Assembly: GCA_964451805.1 (NCBI GenBank)
Contig: CAYVJI010000003.1
Coordinates: 1,758 to 65,757, forward strand
Length of the DNA stretch: 64,000 bases
From: an uncultured Pelolinea sp.
GTDB lineage: Bacteria > Chloroflexota > Anaerolineae > Anaerolineales > Anaerolineaceae
Direction: 5' to 3'
Of the stretch, positions 49,525 to 58,730 are shown one piece after another. The notes below the pieces were generated by a model. The model was given only the letters and a program-made list of their open reading frames with translations, was not told the origin of the DNA and did no database searches. Numbering within the stretch: the stretch's first letter is position 1; each line of letters opens with the position of its first letter. Position numbers and translations under genes: made by a program.

Positions 49525-50067
49525 TTATGATTGGATTGGTTTGTTTTTTTTATGTCCATTTTTCTTTGGGCAGAAATGCCCTTCGGGATCCATAGGCTGC
49601 TGGCATTGCGGGCAAATCGGTCTGCCGCGTGCCACAACCACAACAGACCAATTGGCTAGGGATAGCAACTGTGATCGGCTGCACCAATATCGAACCTCTC
49701 CATGTGGATTATCTTTTTCATCGCCTAAAATTTCTTTCGCGATGATGCAAACTTTATCGGTTGATTCCTCGTATGCTAGCCCCATCTCGCCCACGCGGAA
49801 TAGTGGATCCACTGGGGGCGTGATTTGCATTTTTTCCTCCTCATAATCGGGGGAAGGGTCGGTCAGATTTTGATATTGCTTGCCGATTTCTTCAAGGAAA
49901 TCCTTAATGCCGATAATTATGGACTGTAATTGGATTTTTTCAATGATGAGTGTGATTATATCTGGCCCTTTCCTACCCTGAAGGTAGAAAATGCGGTTTC
50001 CTGGTTTCCCAATAGCATCCACCGTAATGTGGTCTACCGGATCGAGCTGCAAATCAATATTTGACAT
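49525..50067 (-). CDS. DUF3090 family protein with C-terminal zinc-ribbon-like motif
   Basis: DAIG.PG.R.FYLQ, FRVG and GRP.CP.C..P.DPEGH.CP..NGH motifs. Confidence 0.88.
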   Translation of the reverse strand: MSNIDLQLDPVDHITVDAIGKPGNRIFYLQGRKGPDIITLIIEKIQLQSIIIGIKDFLEEIGKQYQNLTDPSPDYEEEKMQITPPVDPLFRVGEMGLAYEESTDKVCIIAKEILGDEKDNPHGEVRYWCSRSQLLSLANWSVVVVARGRPICPQCQQPMDPEGHFCPKKNGHKKNKPIQS

Positions 50068-50075
50068 AATATTTC

Positions 50076-50912
50076 CTACACTGATTGGAGGGAACACTCA
50101 AGCCCATCCCATTCAAGTTTTAATGGCTGAGTTTGAATGCCCACTAATGTGCGAATCGATCGTTCAAATTGAAGCGGATCGCCAGTGGTGGCGAAGTTGA
50201 TTTTGCTTGTGAGTTGAGTGTTTTTTTTCATTTTAATTTGCTGAAGCAAGGTTTTCGTGCGCCGCGCGATTGCCGGTGCGGGATCGATCACCTGCACCCC
50301 TTTGCCTGCGATCTCCTGAATTAAAGGTAATACGAACGGATAATGCGTGCAGCCAAGCACAAGCGTATCTGCCCCTTGGGCTATCATGGGCTCGATCGCT
50401 TCTCTCAGAATTGCGCGGGTGCGCGCGCTGTTCAGGTTTCCTTCTTCAATCTCTTCCACTAAGCCTGGCAGGGTATGGGTCAGTAATTTTACATCTTTTG
50501 CGAATTTTTCTACCAACGTAGAATACAGGGCTCCCTGAAAGGTGGCCGGGGTTGCCAAAACTCCAACCACCCCGTTATGTGTTTGCTGGCTGGCGGGTTT
50601 TACGGCAGGTTCCATTCCAACAAAAGAAATTTTTGGAAATTTAATGCGCAATGCAGAAAGTGCTGCGGCGGAGGCAGTGTTGCACGCCACGACGATCAAA
50701 CCAGCACCTGAATTAATGAGGAATTCGCTGATTGCGAAGGAAAAGGTTCGTATTTCATCGGATTGGCGCTTGCCGTATGGAACGTGCGCTTGATCGCCGA
50801 TGTAATATAAGGGCTGAACAGGAAGCAGTGCGTGAATTTCGCGCAGGACTGAAAGCCCGCCGACGCCGGAATCAAAAACACCGACCAGTTCTTTTTTCAA
50901 CGCCTTTTCCAT
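50076..50912 (-). CDS. murI: Glutamate racemase
   Basis: FDSGVGGLSV, VACNTAS and LGCTHYP motifs. Confidence 0.96.
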   Translation of the reverse strand: MEKALKKELVGVFDSGVGGLSVLREIHALLPVQPLYYIGDQAHVPYGKRQSDEIRTFSFAISEFLINSGAGLIVVACNTASAAALSALRIKFPKISFVGMEPAVKPASQQTHNGVVGVLATPATFQGALYSTLVEKFAKDVKLLTHTLPGLVEEIEEGNLNSARTRAILREAIEPMIAQGADTLVLGCTHYPFVLPLIQEIAGKGVQVIDPAPAIARRTKTLLQQIKMKKNTQLTSKINFATTGDPLQFERSIRTLVGIQTQPLKLEWDGLECSLQSV

Positions 50913-50984
50913 TTCTTAATCGCATTATAAATGAAAAGGGTGCAACCTGGCGTTGGCTGCACCCGCTCATGAAATCAGGGCGGA

Positions 50985-51344
50985 CTAAGAGAATTTTTCT
51001 TTCAAGCGAGCTTTTTTACCAGTGCGCTCACGCAAATAGAATAATTTTGCACGGCGAACCTTGCCATGCTTTTCAACCGTGACTTTCTCAATACGCGGCG
51101 AGCGCATTAAAAAAGTGCGTTCCACTCCAATGCCATTACTGGCAATTCGGCGAACGGTAAAAGTTTCATGTTTGCTCTTGCGGCTGATGCCAAGCACAGT
51201 ACCCTTAAATTCCTGAATTCTTTCCCGTTCGCCTTCTACGATTTTCACATGAACGCTGATCGTATCTCCGGCTTGCAGATTCGGAATGTTCGGATTCAAA
51301 GGTGCTTCTACGGTTTTCATTAAGTCAGTCATATCAATATCCAT
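50985..51344 (-). CDS. rplS: 50S ribosomal protein L19
   Basis: GDT..VH..I.EG..ER.Q.F.G, GVER.F and VRRAKLFYLR motifs; exact start uncertain. Confidence 0.96.
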   Translation of the reverse strand: MDIDMTDLMKTVEAPLNPNIPNLQAGDTISVHVKIVEGERERIQEFKGTVLGISRKSKHETFTVRRIASNGIGVERTFLMRSPRIEKVTVEKHGKVRRAKLFYLRERTGKKARLKEKFS

Positions 51345-51422
51345 CAAGATGATTCAGCATCTTGCGATGCGAGCAGTGATTTTACCATTAATCTTTCACA
51401 AAAGGTAGCGGAAATCTTGAGA

Positions 51423-53294
51423 TTAATGATTCTCGCACAAGAAATCCATGATAGCTTGGGCAAGCTCTAGGGTGATGCCGGGTGTTCTGGCGATATCTTC
51501 GATGCTTGCTTTTTGAAGGTCTTTTGTCGAACCAAATTTTGAAAGCAAAGCTTTTCTGCGCGCTGGTCCAATTCCGGGTATCTGATCCAGCTTTGAAACC
51601 AGCCTTTCCTTGCTGCGCAAATTGCGATGCGCGCTGATTGCGAAGCGGTGCGCTTCATCTCGAATGCGCTGCAGGAGATAAAGTGCCTGGGATCTACGAT
51701 CCAATTCTATCGGCTGATCTTGCTCTGCGGTAAAAAGCAGTTCATGTTCTTTAGCTAATCCTGCTGCTTTAACTTTCTGCTCAAGGTTATATGCCTTGAG
51801 GACCTTTATGGCTCTGCCCAATTGTCCTTTTCCACCATCCACAATAAGGAAATCCGGCAATATACTGAAAGCTGGATCGGCTTTGCTGCCCACCTCTTGA
51901 ATTTCATGCGAAGCCTGCCAGCGTTTGAACCGTCGCTGGAGAACTTCTTCCATACTGGCGAAATCATCAATCCCGCTGACAGTTTTAATATTAAAGCGGC
52001 GATAAAGTCTTTTGTTCGGAACGCCTTTTTCAAAGACAACCATGCTGCCCACAGCAGCGGTGCCCTGTATATTGGATATATCGTAGCACTCAATACGGTT
52101 GGGAGCTGCTTGCATGCCAAGCGCTTCCTGTAATTCATTCAGCGCCAGGCTCTGTTTATGTGTGTTGGTAGCCCACTGGGTTTTCAACGCATCCAACGTT
52201 TCTACTGCATTCTGTGTGGCCATTCGCATGAGATCGCGTTTGTTTCCACGTTGTGGAATGCGGAACTGCACTTTTTGACCGCCGCGCTGTTGATTCAGCC
52301 ACTGCTGAATGATAGCGGATTCCTCAATTACATTGGGAAGCAGGACTTCATCGGGCACAAAAACAGCTTCGTTATAGAATTGTTTGATGAACTGGGCTAT
52401 GATTTCCTCATCATGTTCTCCCTCGGTACCCTCCAAAATGAAGTTCTCTCTTCCGATTAATCGACCGTTGCGGATGAAAAAGATTTGCATGCAGGAATCT
52501 CCATTGCTGCGTGCCAATGCAATAACATCCGAATCCGTCTTGTTGTCCGAGATGATTTTCTGCCGCTCCACGACCTTTTCAATGGCTTGGATCTGATCGC
52601 GTAAGGCAGCCGCTTTCTCATAATTCATTTGATCGGCATATTCACCCATGTCATGTTTCAAACGATTCAAAATGGGTTCAGTTCTGCCTTCTAGGAATTT
52701 ACCCAGGTCGTCTATCATCTGTCGATACTCATCGCGAGATATACGCCCAATGCATGGAGCTGTGCATAATTTTATGTCGTAATATAAACAAGCCCGCTGA
52801 TCTTCCCCGGTAATGATCCGGTCGCATGTACGATATTGAAAGATCTTTCTCAACAAATCCAGTGTTTGATGTACAGCCCAGACGCTGGTAAAAGGGCCAA
52901 AATACCGTGAACTATCCTGGATATGTTCCCGTGTTACTGTTACTTTTGGGAAAGGATCGTACCAATGGATCTTGATGAATGGATACCGCTTATCGTCTTT
53001 TAGACGGACATTGAATTGCGGCAGATATTTTTTGATAAGGTTCATTTCCAAGATCAAGGCTTCTAGTTCCGAATCAACCATGATCCATTCGATATCAGCC
53101 AGCTCCGAGATTAACCGTCTGGTTTTCATATTCAAGTCAATGCTGCTGTGAAAATAAGAACGCACGCGATTGCGAAGATTGATAGCTTTTCCGACATAGA
53201 TGACTTTGCCGGAAGCATTTTTCATAAGATAACAGCCTGGCTTGGCGGGCAGAGTCTTTAAAATTCCAGTAACATGTTCCGAGGTGGTCAACAT
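51423..53294 (-). CDS. uvrC: Excinuclease ABC subunit C
   Basis: GIY-YIG (PGCY...IYVGKA), RIECYDIS, DGGKGQ, RDEAHRFA and HhH IPGIG motifs. Confidence 0.97.
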   Translation of the reverse strand: MLTTSEHVTGILKTLPAKPGCYLMKNASGKVIYVGKAINLRNRVRSYFHSSIDLNMKTRRLISELADIEWIMVDSELEALILEMNLIKKYLPQFNVRLKDDKRYPFIKIHWYDPFPKVTVTREHIQDSSRYFGPFTSVWAVHQTLDLLRKIFQYRTCDRIITGEDQRACLYYDIKLCTAPCIGRISRDEYRQMIDDLGKFLEGRTEPILNRLKHDMGEYADQMNYEKAAALRDQIQAIEKVVERQKIISDNKTDSDVIALARSNGDSCMQIFFIRNGRLIGRENFILEGTEGEHDEEIIAQFIKQFYNEAVFVPDEVLLPNVIEESAIIQQWLNQQRGGQKVQFRIPQRGNKRDLMRMATQNAVETLDALKTQWATNTHKQSLALNELQEALGMQAAPNRIECYDISNIQGTAAVGSMVVFEKGVPNKRLYRRFNIKTVSGIDDFASMEEVLQRRFKRWQASHEIQEVGSKADPAFSILPDFLIVDGGKGQLGRAIKVLKAYNLEQKVKAAGLAKEHELLFTAEQDQPIELDRRSQALYLLQRIRDEAHRFAISAHRNLRSKERLVSKLDQIPGIGPARRKALLSKFGSTKDLQKASIEDIARTPGITLELAQAIMDFLCENH

Positions 53295-53371
53295 GCCATC
53301 ATTTTAACATGCAGCTTTCTTTCAATTGTTGGCGGAATTATTGATGATGTTAGAATCAGGAGAAAATTGTC

Positions 53372-53779
53372 ATGAAAATATATTTTTCTTGTTCCATTAC
53401 AGGAGGGCGGGCTGATCAGAGATTTTATCAGTGCATAGTGGATCACTTAACCGCTCGTGGGCATCAAGTACTGACTGCTCATCTTTCACGATCAGACGTA
53501 ATGCAGGCGGAAAAGCTGGCAAACGCTGAACTTGTCTATCAGCGCGATATTGACTGGATTTATCAATGTGATCTCTTGATTGCCGAGGTCAGCACCCCAT
53601 CACACGGAGTCGGTTACGAGATTGCCTATGCATTAAATCTGGAGAAACCTGTAATCTGTTGTTATAGATCCGGCAGGAAAGTATCCAAGATGATTCTTGG
53701 GAACACGCATGTAAAGATGACGGTATTTTCCTATGAACAGGAAGATGACTTGCTCAATAGAATTGATTTCTATTTATAA
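53372..53779 (+). CDS. Nucleoside 2-deoxyribosyltransferase-like / DNPH1(Rcl)-like dNMP N-glycosidase
   Basis: IYFSCSITGGR, RDIDWI..CD and EVS.PS.GVGYEI.YA motifs. Confidence 0.82.
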   Translation: MKIYFSCSITGGRADQRFYQCIVDHLTARGHQVLTAHLSRSDVMQAEKLANAELVYQRDIDWIYQCDLLIAEVSTPSHGVGYEIAYALNLEKPVICCYRSGRKVSKMILGNTHVKMTVFSYEQEDDLLNRIDFYL

Positions 53780-53868
53780 AAAAACTGAATGGCTTAATGA
53801 AAGATGTCACGGTTGAGCAATGACATACGTTCTACCCCTTTTTCTTCATTGCTGATAAGATTATGCTG

Positions 53869-53956
53869 GTGACAAATGGGTATTTATACTCATCACTGTC
53901 TCCTCCTTTGGCAAGCCGCCGCTGGTAACCTCCTCCCAACCAGCGGCAGCTTTTTT
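53869..53956 (+). ncRNA. Candidate small RNA with two CUCCUCC loop motifs ending in an intrinsic terminator
   Basis: Hairpins atgggtat/atactcat; tgtc-TCCTCCttt-ggca; gccgctggt-aaCCTCCTCCCa-accagcggc followed by T6. Confidence 0.55.
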
Positions 53957-54040
53957 AATCCTAAAAATTCAAATTAGAAATGTGTTAAATCACCTTTCTT
54001 TGCCTTGACGAAGGCTTTTCCTTCCTCTTAAAATACAGGC

Positions 54041-54985
54041 ATGGATTATAAAGATTATTATAAGATTCTCGGCGTCAACAAAAACGCATCTACTGATGAG
54101 ATCAAACAGGCTTATCGTAAATTAGCAATGAAATATCATCCTGATCGCAATCAGGGTGACAAACAGGCTGAGGAGAAATTCAAAGAAATCAATGAAGCCA
54201 ATGAAGTATTGAGCGATCCACAGAAGCGTTCGCGTTATGACCAGATCAGCAACAGTTACACATCCTGGCAGCAAGATGGAGGTTCACCGGGTTCTTTCCG
54301 CTGGGAGGATCTGTTCGGCGGTGGATTTGGCAGTGGTCAAACACGCGTTGAAGTGCATGATTTGGATGAAATGTTTGGAGAAATGGGTGGTTTTTCCGAT
54401 TTCTTTAAAGCTTTTTTTGGAGGGACAGGTGGGCGGCGATATTCAAGTTCAGCAGGTAGGCAGAATGCGGCTCGCTCTTATCGGCAGCAGCCCTCAGCAT
54501 ATCAACAAGAGATTACAATTTCACTGCACGAAGCCTATCACGGCACGACCCGCACGCTGGATATCAATGGCAGCAGAAAAGAAGTTGTTATCCCCGCCGG
54601 CGTGAAAACAGGTACGAAGGTGAGAGTTGCCGGTGCGATCAGCGCAGGTTCAGGCAATGGCAGCGACCTCTATCTGGTTATCCAGGTTGCTTCTGATCCG
54701 CGTTTCGAGAGAAGAGATGATGACCTATACACCGAAAAGTCCATTGACCTGTACACTGCAGTATTGGGCGGGGAGACGGAAATCGAGACTCCTTCTGGTC
54801 GGATCTCGTTAAAGATTCCAGCCGGCACTCAACCTGCGCAAAGCTTTCGGCTGGCGGGCAAGGGCATGCCGATCTTGAAGCAGAAAGGAAAATTTGGCAA
54901 CCTGATTGTTAAAACGAATGTTGCCATTCCCAAAAAACTGAACGAACGCCAGAAAAAACTCTTCGAAGAACTACGTGGCAATTAA
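54041..54985 (+). CDS. Class B J-domain protein (CbpA-like, no zinc finger)
   Basis: [13 protein letters not shown] region, DnaJ C-terminal IPAG/GTQP; upstream TTGACG-N18-TAAAAT-6nt-ATG. Confidence 0.9.
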   Translation: MDYKDYYKILGVNKNASTDEIKQAYRKLAMKYHPDRNQGDKQAEEKFKEINEANEVLSDPQKRSRYDQISNSYTSWQQDGGSPGSFRWEDLFGGGFGSGQTRVEVHDLDEMFGEMGGFSDFFKAFFGGTGGRRYSSSAGRQNAARSYRQQPSAYQQEITISLHEAYHGTTRTLDINGSRKEVVIPAGVKTGTKVRVAGAISAGSGNGSDLYLVIQVASDPRFERRDDDLYTEKSIDLYTAVLGGETEIETPSGRISLKIPAGTQPAQSFRLAGKGMPILKQKGKFGNLIVKTNVAIPKKLNERQKKLFEELRGN

Positions 54986-55001
54986 TGAAACAGAGGAATG
55001 A

Positions 55002-56138
55002 ATGAATAAGCCACGATTTATTTTGCTGCCTTTATTTTTAATCATCACTTCTGCTTGCGCGCCTTTGGAAACATTAAACCTGGCTACTATGCCGGCCCAA
55101 CAAAACCTTGCCGAAAGGTTTACCGATCCAACCCCTCTTGTTTTCGACGATATCTTTGTTGAAATATATGAACGAACAAGCCCGGGTGTGGTTTCAATTA
55201 ATGTATACTCTCGAGAAGCAAATGATAGTCAAGGCTCAGGATTTGTCTTAGATAAAGAAGGTCATATTCTTACCAATTTTCATGTAGTTGAGTCTGCCGC
55301 GCGAGTTGAAATCATTTTTCCAAGTGGTTATCAAGCGTATGGCGAAATAATCGGCTCTGACCCTGATTCTGATCTTGCTGTAGTTCAAGTAAGTGTTCCA
55401 CCAGAAGAATTGCATCCTCTTCCGTTGGGTATTTCAGAACAGGTGAAAGTTGGTCAGACTGTGATTGCGATTGGCAATCCATACGGATTATCCGGCAGCA
55501 TGACGGTGGGGATTGTGTCCGCGCGAGGTCGTTTATTAGATTCACTGCGCGAAGCTCCCAGCGGCGGTTATTTTACTGCTTCAGATCTGATCCAGACAGA
55601 TGCTGCCATCAACCCTGGCAATTCTGGAGGACCACTGCTGAACAAGGCGGGGGAGGTGATTGGGGTTAATCGGGCTATTTGTACTAATGGCGGTGAAGGG
55701 CTTGAAACCCTGGCGAATTCCGGAATTGGTTTTGCAGTGCCAATTGATATAGCCCGGCGCGTGGTCCCGTATTTGATTGCGAATGGCAAATATGATTACC
55801 CGTATCTAGGGCTCACCAGCCGTGAAGAACTCACTTTGTCTGAAAAAGAAGCGCTGGGAATCCCTATGGAAATTCAGGGTGCCTATGTGATCAGCGTGAC
55901 GGACGATGGTCCAGCCAGCAAAGCCGGGATTATTGGCGGCATACCTTCCGATAATCCAAATTTACCCGTTGGAGGGGATTGGATAACCGCTGTCGATGAC
56001 CGACCCATCAGGGCTTTTAGTGAACTTCTTACTTACCTGATTGCTCATAAAAGTCCTGGCGAAATGATCAAGCTCACAGTTCTGCGCGATGAAAAGTTTC
56101 TAACCATTCCTGTTGAATTGATCAGGCGTCCTGATTAA
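55002..56138 (+). CDS. HtrA/DegP-like serine protease with one PDZ domain, probable lipoprotein
   Basis: Lipobox-like ITSAC; TNFHV, DSDLA and QTDAAINPGNSGGPL triad motifs; PDZ domain. Confidence 0.92.
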   Translation: MNKPRFILLPLFLIITSACAPLETLNLATMPAQQNLAERFTDPTPLVFDDIFVEIYERTSPGVVSINVYSREANDSQGSGFVLDKEGHILTNFHVVESAARVEIIFPSGYQAYGEIIGSDPDSDLAVVQVSVPPEELHPLPLGISEQVKVGQTVIAIGNPYGLSGSMTVGIVSARGRLLDSLREAPSGGYFTASDLIQTDAAINPGNSGGPLLNKAGEVIGVNRAICTNGGEGLETLANSGIGFAVPIDIARRVVPYLIANGKYDYPYLGLTSREELTLSEKEALGIPMEIQGAYVISVTDDGPASKAGIIGGIPSDNPNLPVGGDWITAVDDRPIRAFSELLTYLIAHKSPGEMIKLTVLRDEKFLTIPVELIRRPD

Positions 56139-56188
56139 AGACAAAATCATCGCGCTAAAATGAAAGCGTGAAATTTGCTCATGTACAT

Positions 56189-56761
56189 CTATAGATTGTC
56201 AGCCAACAGCAATAAGGAACTGTAGAATTCCTGCAGGTCTTGGATGGCATCCAACCGGTTTTTCTCAATATTTTCTTGGGCTTCTTCAAATTGACCAGTC
56301 AGGCTTGCGGGCAGTTCAGGGAACTTGCCAATTTCAAGCTTTCCCAAGTCCTCTTCAATATATCCAAGGTACTGTGTGATAGCATCTTGATTGTTGTCAA
56401 TTAACGCAATCCGCAGCAGGCTGGTATGGCTCATGAGTTTGTAAACCAGGACCTGCGCTTGGGCTTTTTCGTGGGATTCCTGCAAATCTGTGAATTGATT
56501 CTCAATGGGCGTCAACCTTTCCAGTTCAGTTTGGGCACTTTTTAGCTGCCTGGACTGGGGTAGGTAAAGCACCAATAAAATCACCAGCATTCCAATTACT
56601 GTAAACAACAGCGCTAACCCGATCTGTTTCAGCGCGGATTGAAAGCCTGTTTTATTTTTCGATTCCGCTGATTGCTTAGGTTTAATTTCTGTACTGACAT
56701 CTTTAGACGCTATATTTTTGGTCTCTTTTTCAATAGGGCTTTTCTCTTCCGGTTTCATCAT
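56189..56761 (-). CDS. Hypothetical single-pass membrane coiled-coil protein
   Basis: Charged N-terminus, one TM (IGLALLFTVIGMLVILLVLYL), helical C-terminus; SD ggag. Confidence 0.7.
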   Translation of the reverse strand: MMKPEEKSPIEKETKNIASKDVSTEIKPKQSAESKNKTGFQSALKQIGLALLFTVIGMLVILLVLYLPQSRQLKSAQTELERLTPIENQFTDLQESHEKAQAQVLVYKLMSHTSLLRIALIDNNQDAITQYLGYIEEDLGKLEIGKFPELPASLTGQFEEAQENIEKNRLDAIQDLQEFYSSLLLLADNL

Positions 56762-56860
56762 TTCTCCAAGTATATAAGTTGATTATATCCATAAAAAAAT
56801 TGCAGGATGCTGATTTGCCGGGAAAGAATTGATTGCCTTTTGGCAAGTATAATGGCATGC

Positions 56861-58441
56861 ATGCGATCCGATTTGACTTCTGAGCGAAATGCCAATCAAC
56901 AGATTGCACGAGCAGCTGGTATTGTTATGGTTGCATTTGTGATCAGTAATGTGGTGGGTTTGTTTGCGAAAACATTGACCGCACGTGCATTTGGCACTGG
57001 TTTTGAGAGCAATAGTTTTTTCGCTGCCAATCGCTTTTCTGAAATCCTGTTCAATCTGGTAGCAGGGGGAGCGCTGGGTTCAGCATTCATTCCTGTCTTT
57101 GCTACGTTGCTTGCCAAAGATGAGAAGGAAAAGGCTTGGGAATTAGCCTCCTCGATCGCGAATCTGGTTTCGCTTGTGCTGGTTTTATTAAGCCTGCTGA
57201 CAATCCTGTTTGCTCCTCAGGTAGTGCACTATTTTTTGGCACCAGGATTTTCTCCTGGTGAAAAAGTCCTCACAGCCCAACTCTTGCGTATTCAAGTCCT
57301 TTCCTCTGTAATATTCGGAGCCAGCGGTTTGGTAATGGGCGTAATGAATGCACATCAACACTTTTTGCTGCCTGCAATTGCACCAGCTATGTATCAGTTA
57401 GGCTGGATCCTTTCAATTTATCTGCTTGCTCCAGCGCATGGTATTTTTGGATTGGCTTGGGGTGTCGTGCTTGGTTCAATTTTACATTTGGTAGTGCAAA
57501 TTCCCCAGCTTGCACGTCTACCGAAAAGAAAATACACCTTGACATTTGGTTTGAGTCTTCCTGAGGTGCGTGAGGTGGCGCGTTTGATGGCGCCGCGTCT
57601 CTTAGGCGTGGCTGTAGTCCAATTAAATTTTCTTTTAAATACCTTTTTAGCTTCGTTTCAACCACAGGGCAGCATCACAGCTCTGAGCCTTGCTTTTCCA
57701 CTGATGATCATGCCTGAAGCAGCCATTGCCCAATCCACCGCGATCGCTGCTCTGCCGACATTTTCCCTGCAGGTGGCCAGAAATAAATTGGATGAAATGC
57801 GCTCCTCTTTGTCCGCGGCACTGCGCGTGACTCTGCTGTTAGCGGTCCCTGCCTCAATCGGTCTTGTACTCTTGCGTGATCCTATTGTTTCATTGCTTTA
57901 CCAGGGCAGGCAGTTTACATCCGAATCAACCGAACTAGTTGCCTGGGCTTTGCTTTGGTATGGCATCGGCTTAGTGGGACATTGTGTTGTGGAAATCAGC
58001 AGCCGAGCTTTTTATGCCCTGCATGATACCCGCACCCCGGTAGTGGTTGGTGTTGGTGCGATGAGTTTAAACTTGGTTTTCAGTTTTGTTTTTGTTGCAC
58101 TTTTTCGGAAAATCGGATGGATGCCTCATGGTGGATTGGCATTGGCTAATACTTTGGCAACCTTCATCGAGAGCCTGGTCCTGATGATTTTGATGTATCG
58201 CCGTTTAGCCGGCATTCATGAAAAACGCATCCTAGTGGCTTTGTCGAAATCGTTGCTGGCTGGTTTAAGCATGGCAATCGTAATTGTGCTTCTGCAAAAT
58301 CGATTGATGATACACAATAAAGTTATCAGCCTCGGATTGATTATTCTGGGTGCCGTGATTACATATTTAATCGGAACAGCGATTCTGCGGTCTGAGGATT
58401 TAAGTTCAATCATTTCAGGTCTTCATGCCCGGGATAAGTAA
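56861..58441 (+). CDS. murJ: Lipid II flippase MurJ (MviN)
   Basis: FG.G, L.AGGALGSAFIPVF, RAFYAL.DT.TP and GLALA motifs; TATAAT 7 nt before ATG 56861. Confidence 0.92.
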   Translation: MRSDLTSERNANQQIARAAGIVMVAFVISNVVGLFAKTLTARAFGTGFESNSFFAANRFSEILFNLVAGGALGSAFIPVFATLLAKDEKEKAWELASSIANLVSLVLVLLSLLTILFAPQVVHYFLAPGFSPGEKVLTAQLLRIQVLSSVIFGASGLVMGVMNAHQHFLLPAIAPAMYQLGWILSIYLLAPAHGIFGLAWGVVLGSILHLVVQIPQLARLPKRKYTLTFGLSLPEVREVARLMAPRLLGVAVVQLNFLLNTFLASFQPQGSITALSLAFPLMIMPEAAIAQSTAIAALPTFSLQVARNKLDEMRSSLSAALRVTLLLAVPASIGLVLLRDPIVSLLYQGRQFTSESTELVAWALLWYGIGLVGHCVVEISSRAFYALHDTRTPVVVGVGAMSLNLVFSFVFVALFRKIGWMPHGGLALANTLATFIESLVLMILMYRRLAGIHEKRILVALSKSLLAGLSMAIVIVLLQNRLMIHNKVISLGLIILGAVITYLIGTAILRSEDLSSIISGLHARDK

Positions 58442-58730
58442 ACAATTTTCTGAATGCTAGAAATAATGAAGAGGATGCTTTATAAATATAGGAGAATTAA
58501 TAGCGGCATCCGTGTTTGACTGCAGCGTTAAGTATTTGGCTTGAGTGGTACGAACAATATGGCTTGGGTTTCAAGCGGTACTGGCCGCTTATTCACCAAA
58601 AGCTCCTGTTAATATTAGAAAAAAAGATTAGCAAGAATCGTAAAACTTTTCTTTAGGCATTCCAACACAGGCTGACCGTTTCAGTTGTGCATGATAAAAT
58701 GGTTGCGAACCCTGAAAAAAAGGTGTATTC

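Noticed and set aside
58527-58595. 22-codon minus-strand ORF (VNKRPVPLETQ...) with an aggag SD
   Set aside because: No recognisable features; a chance occurrence within a structured region is as likely.
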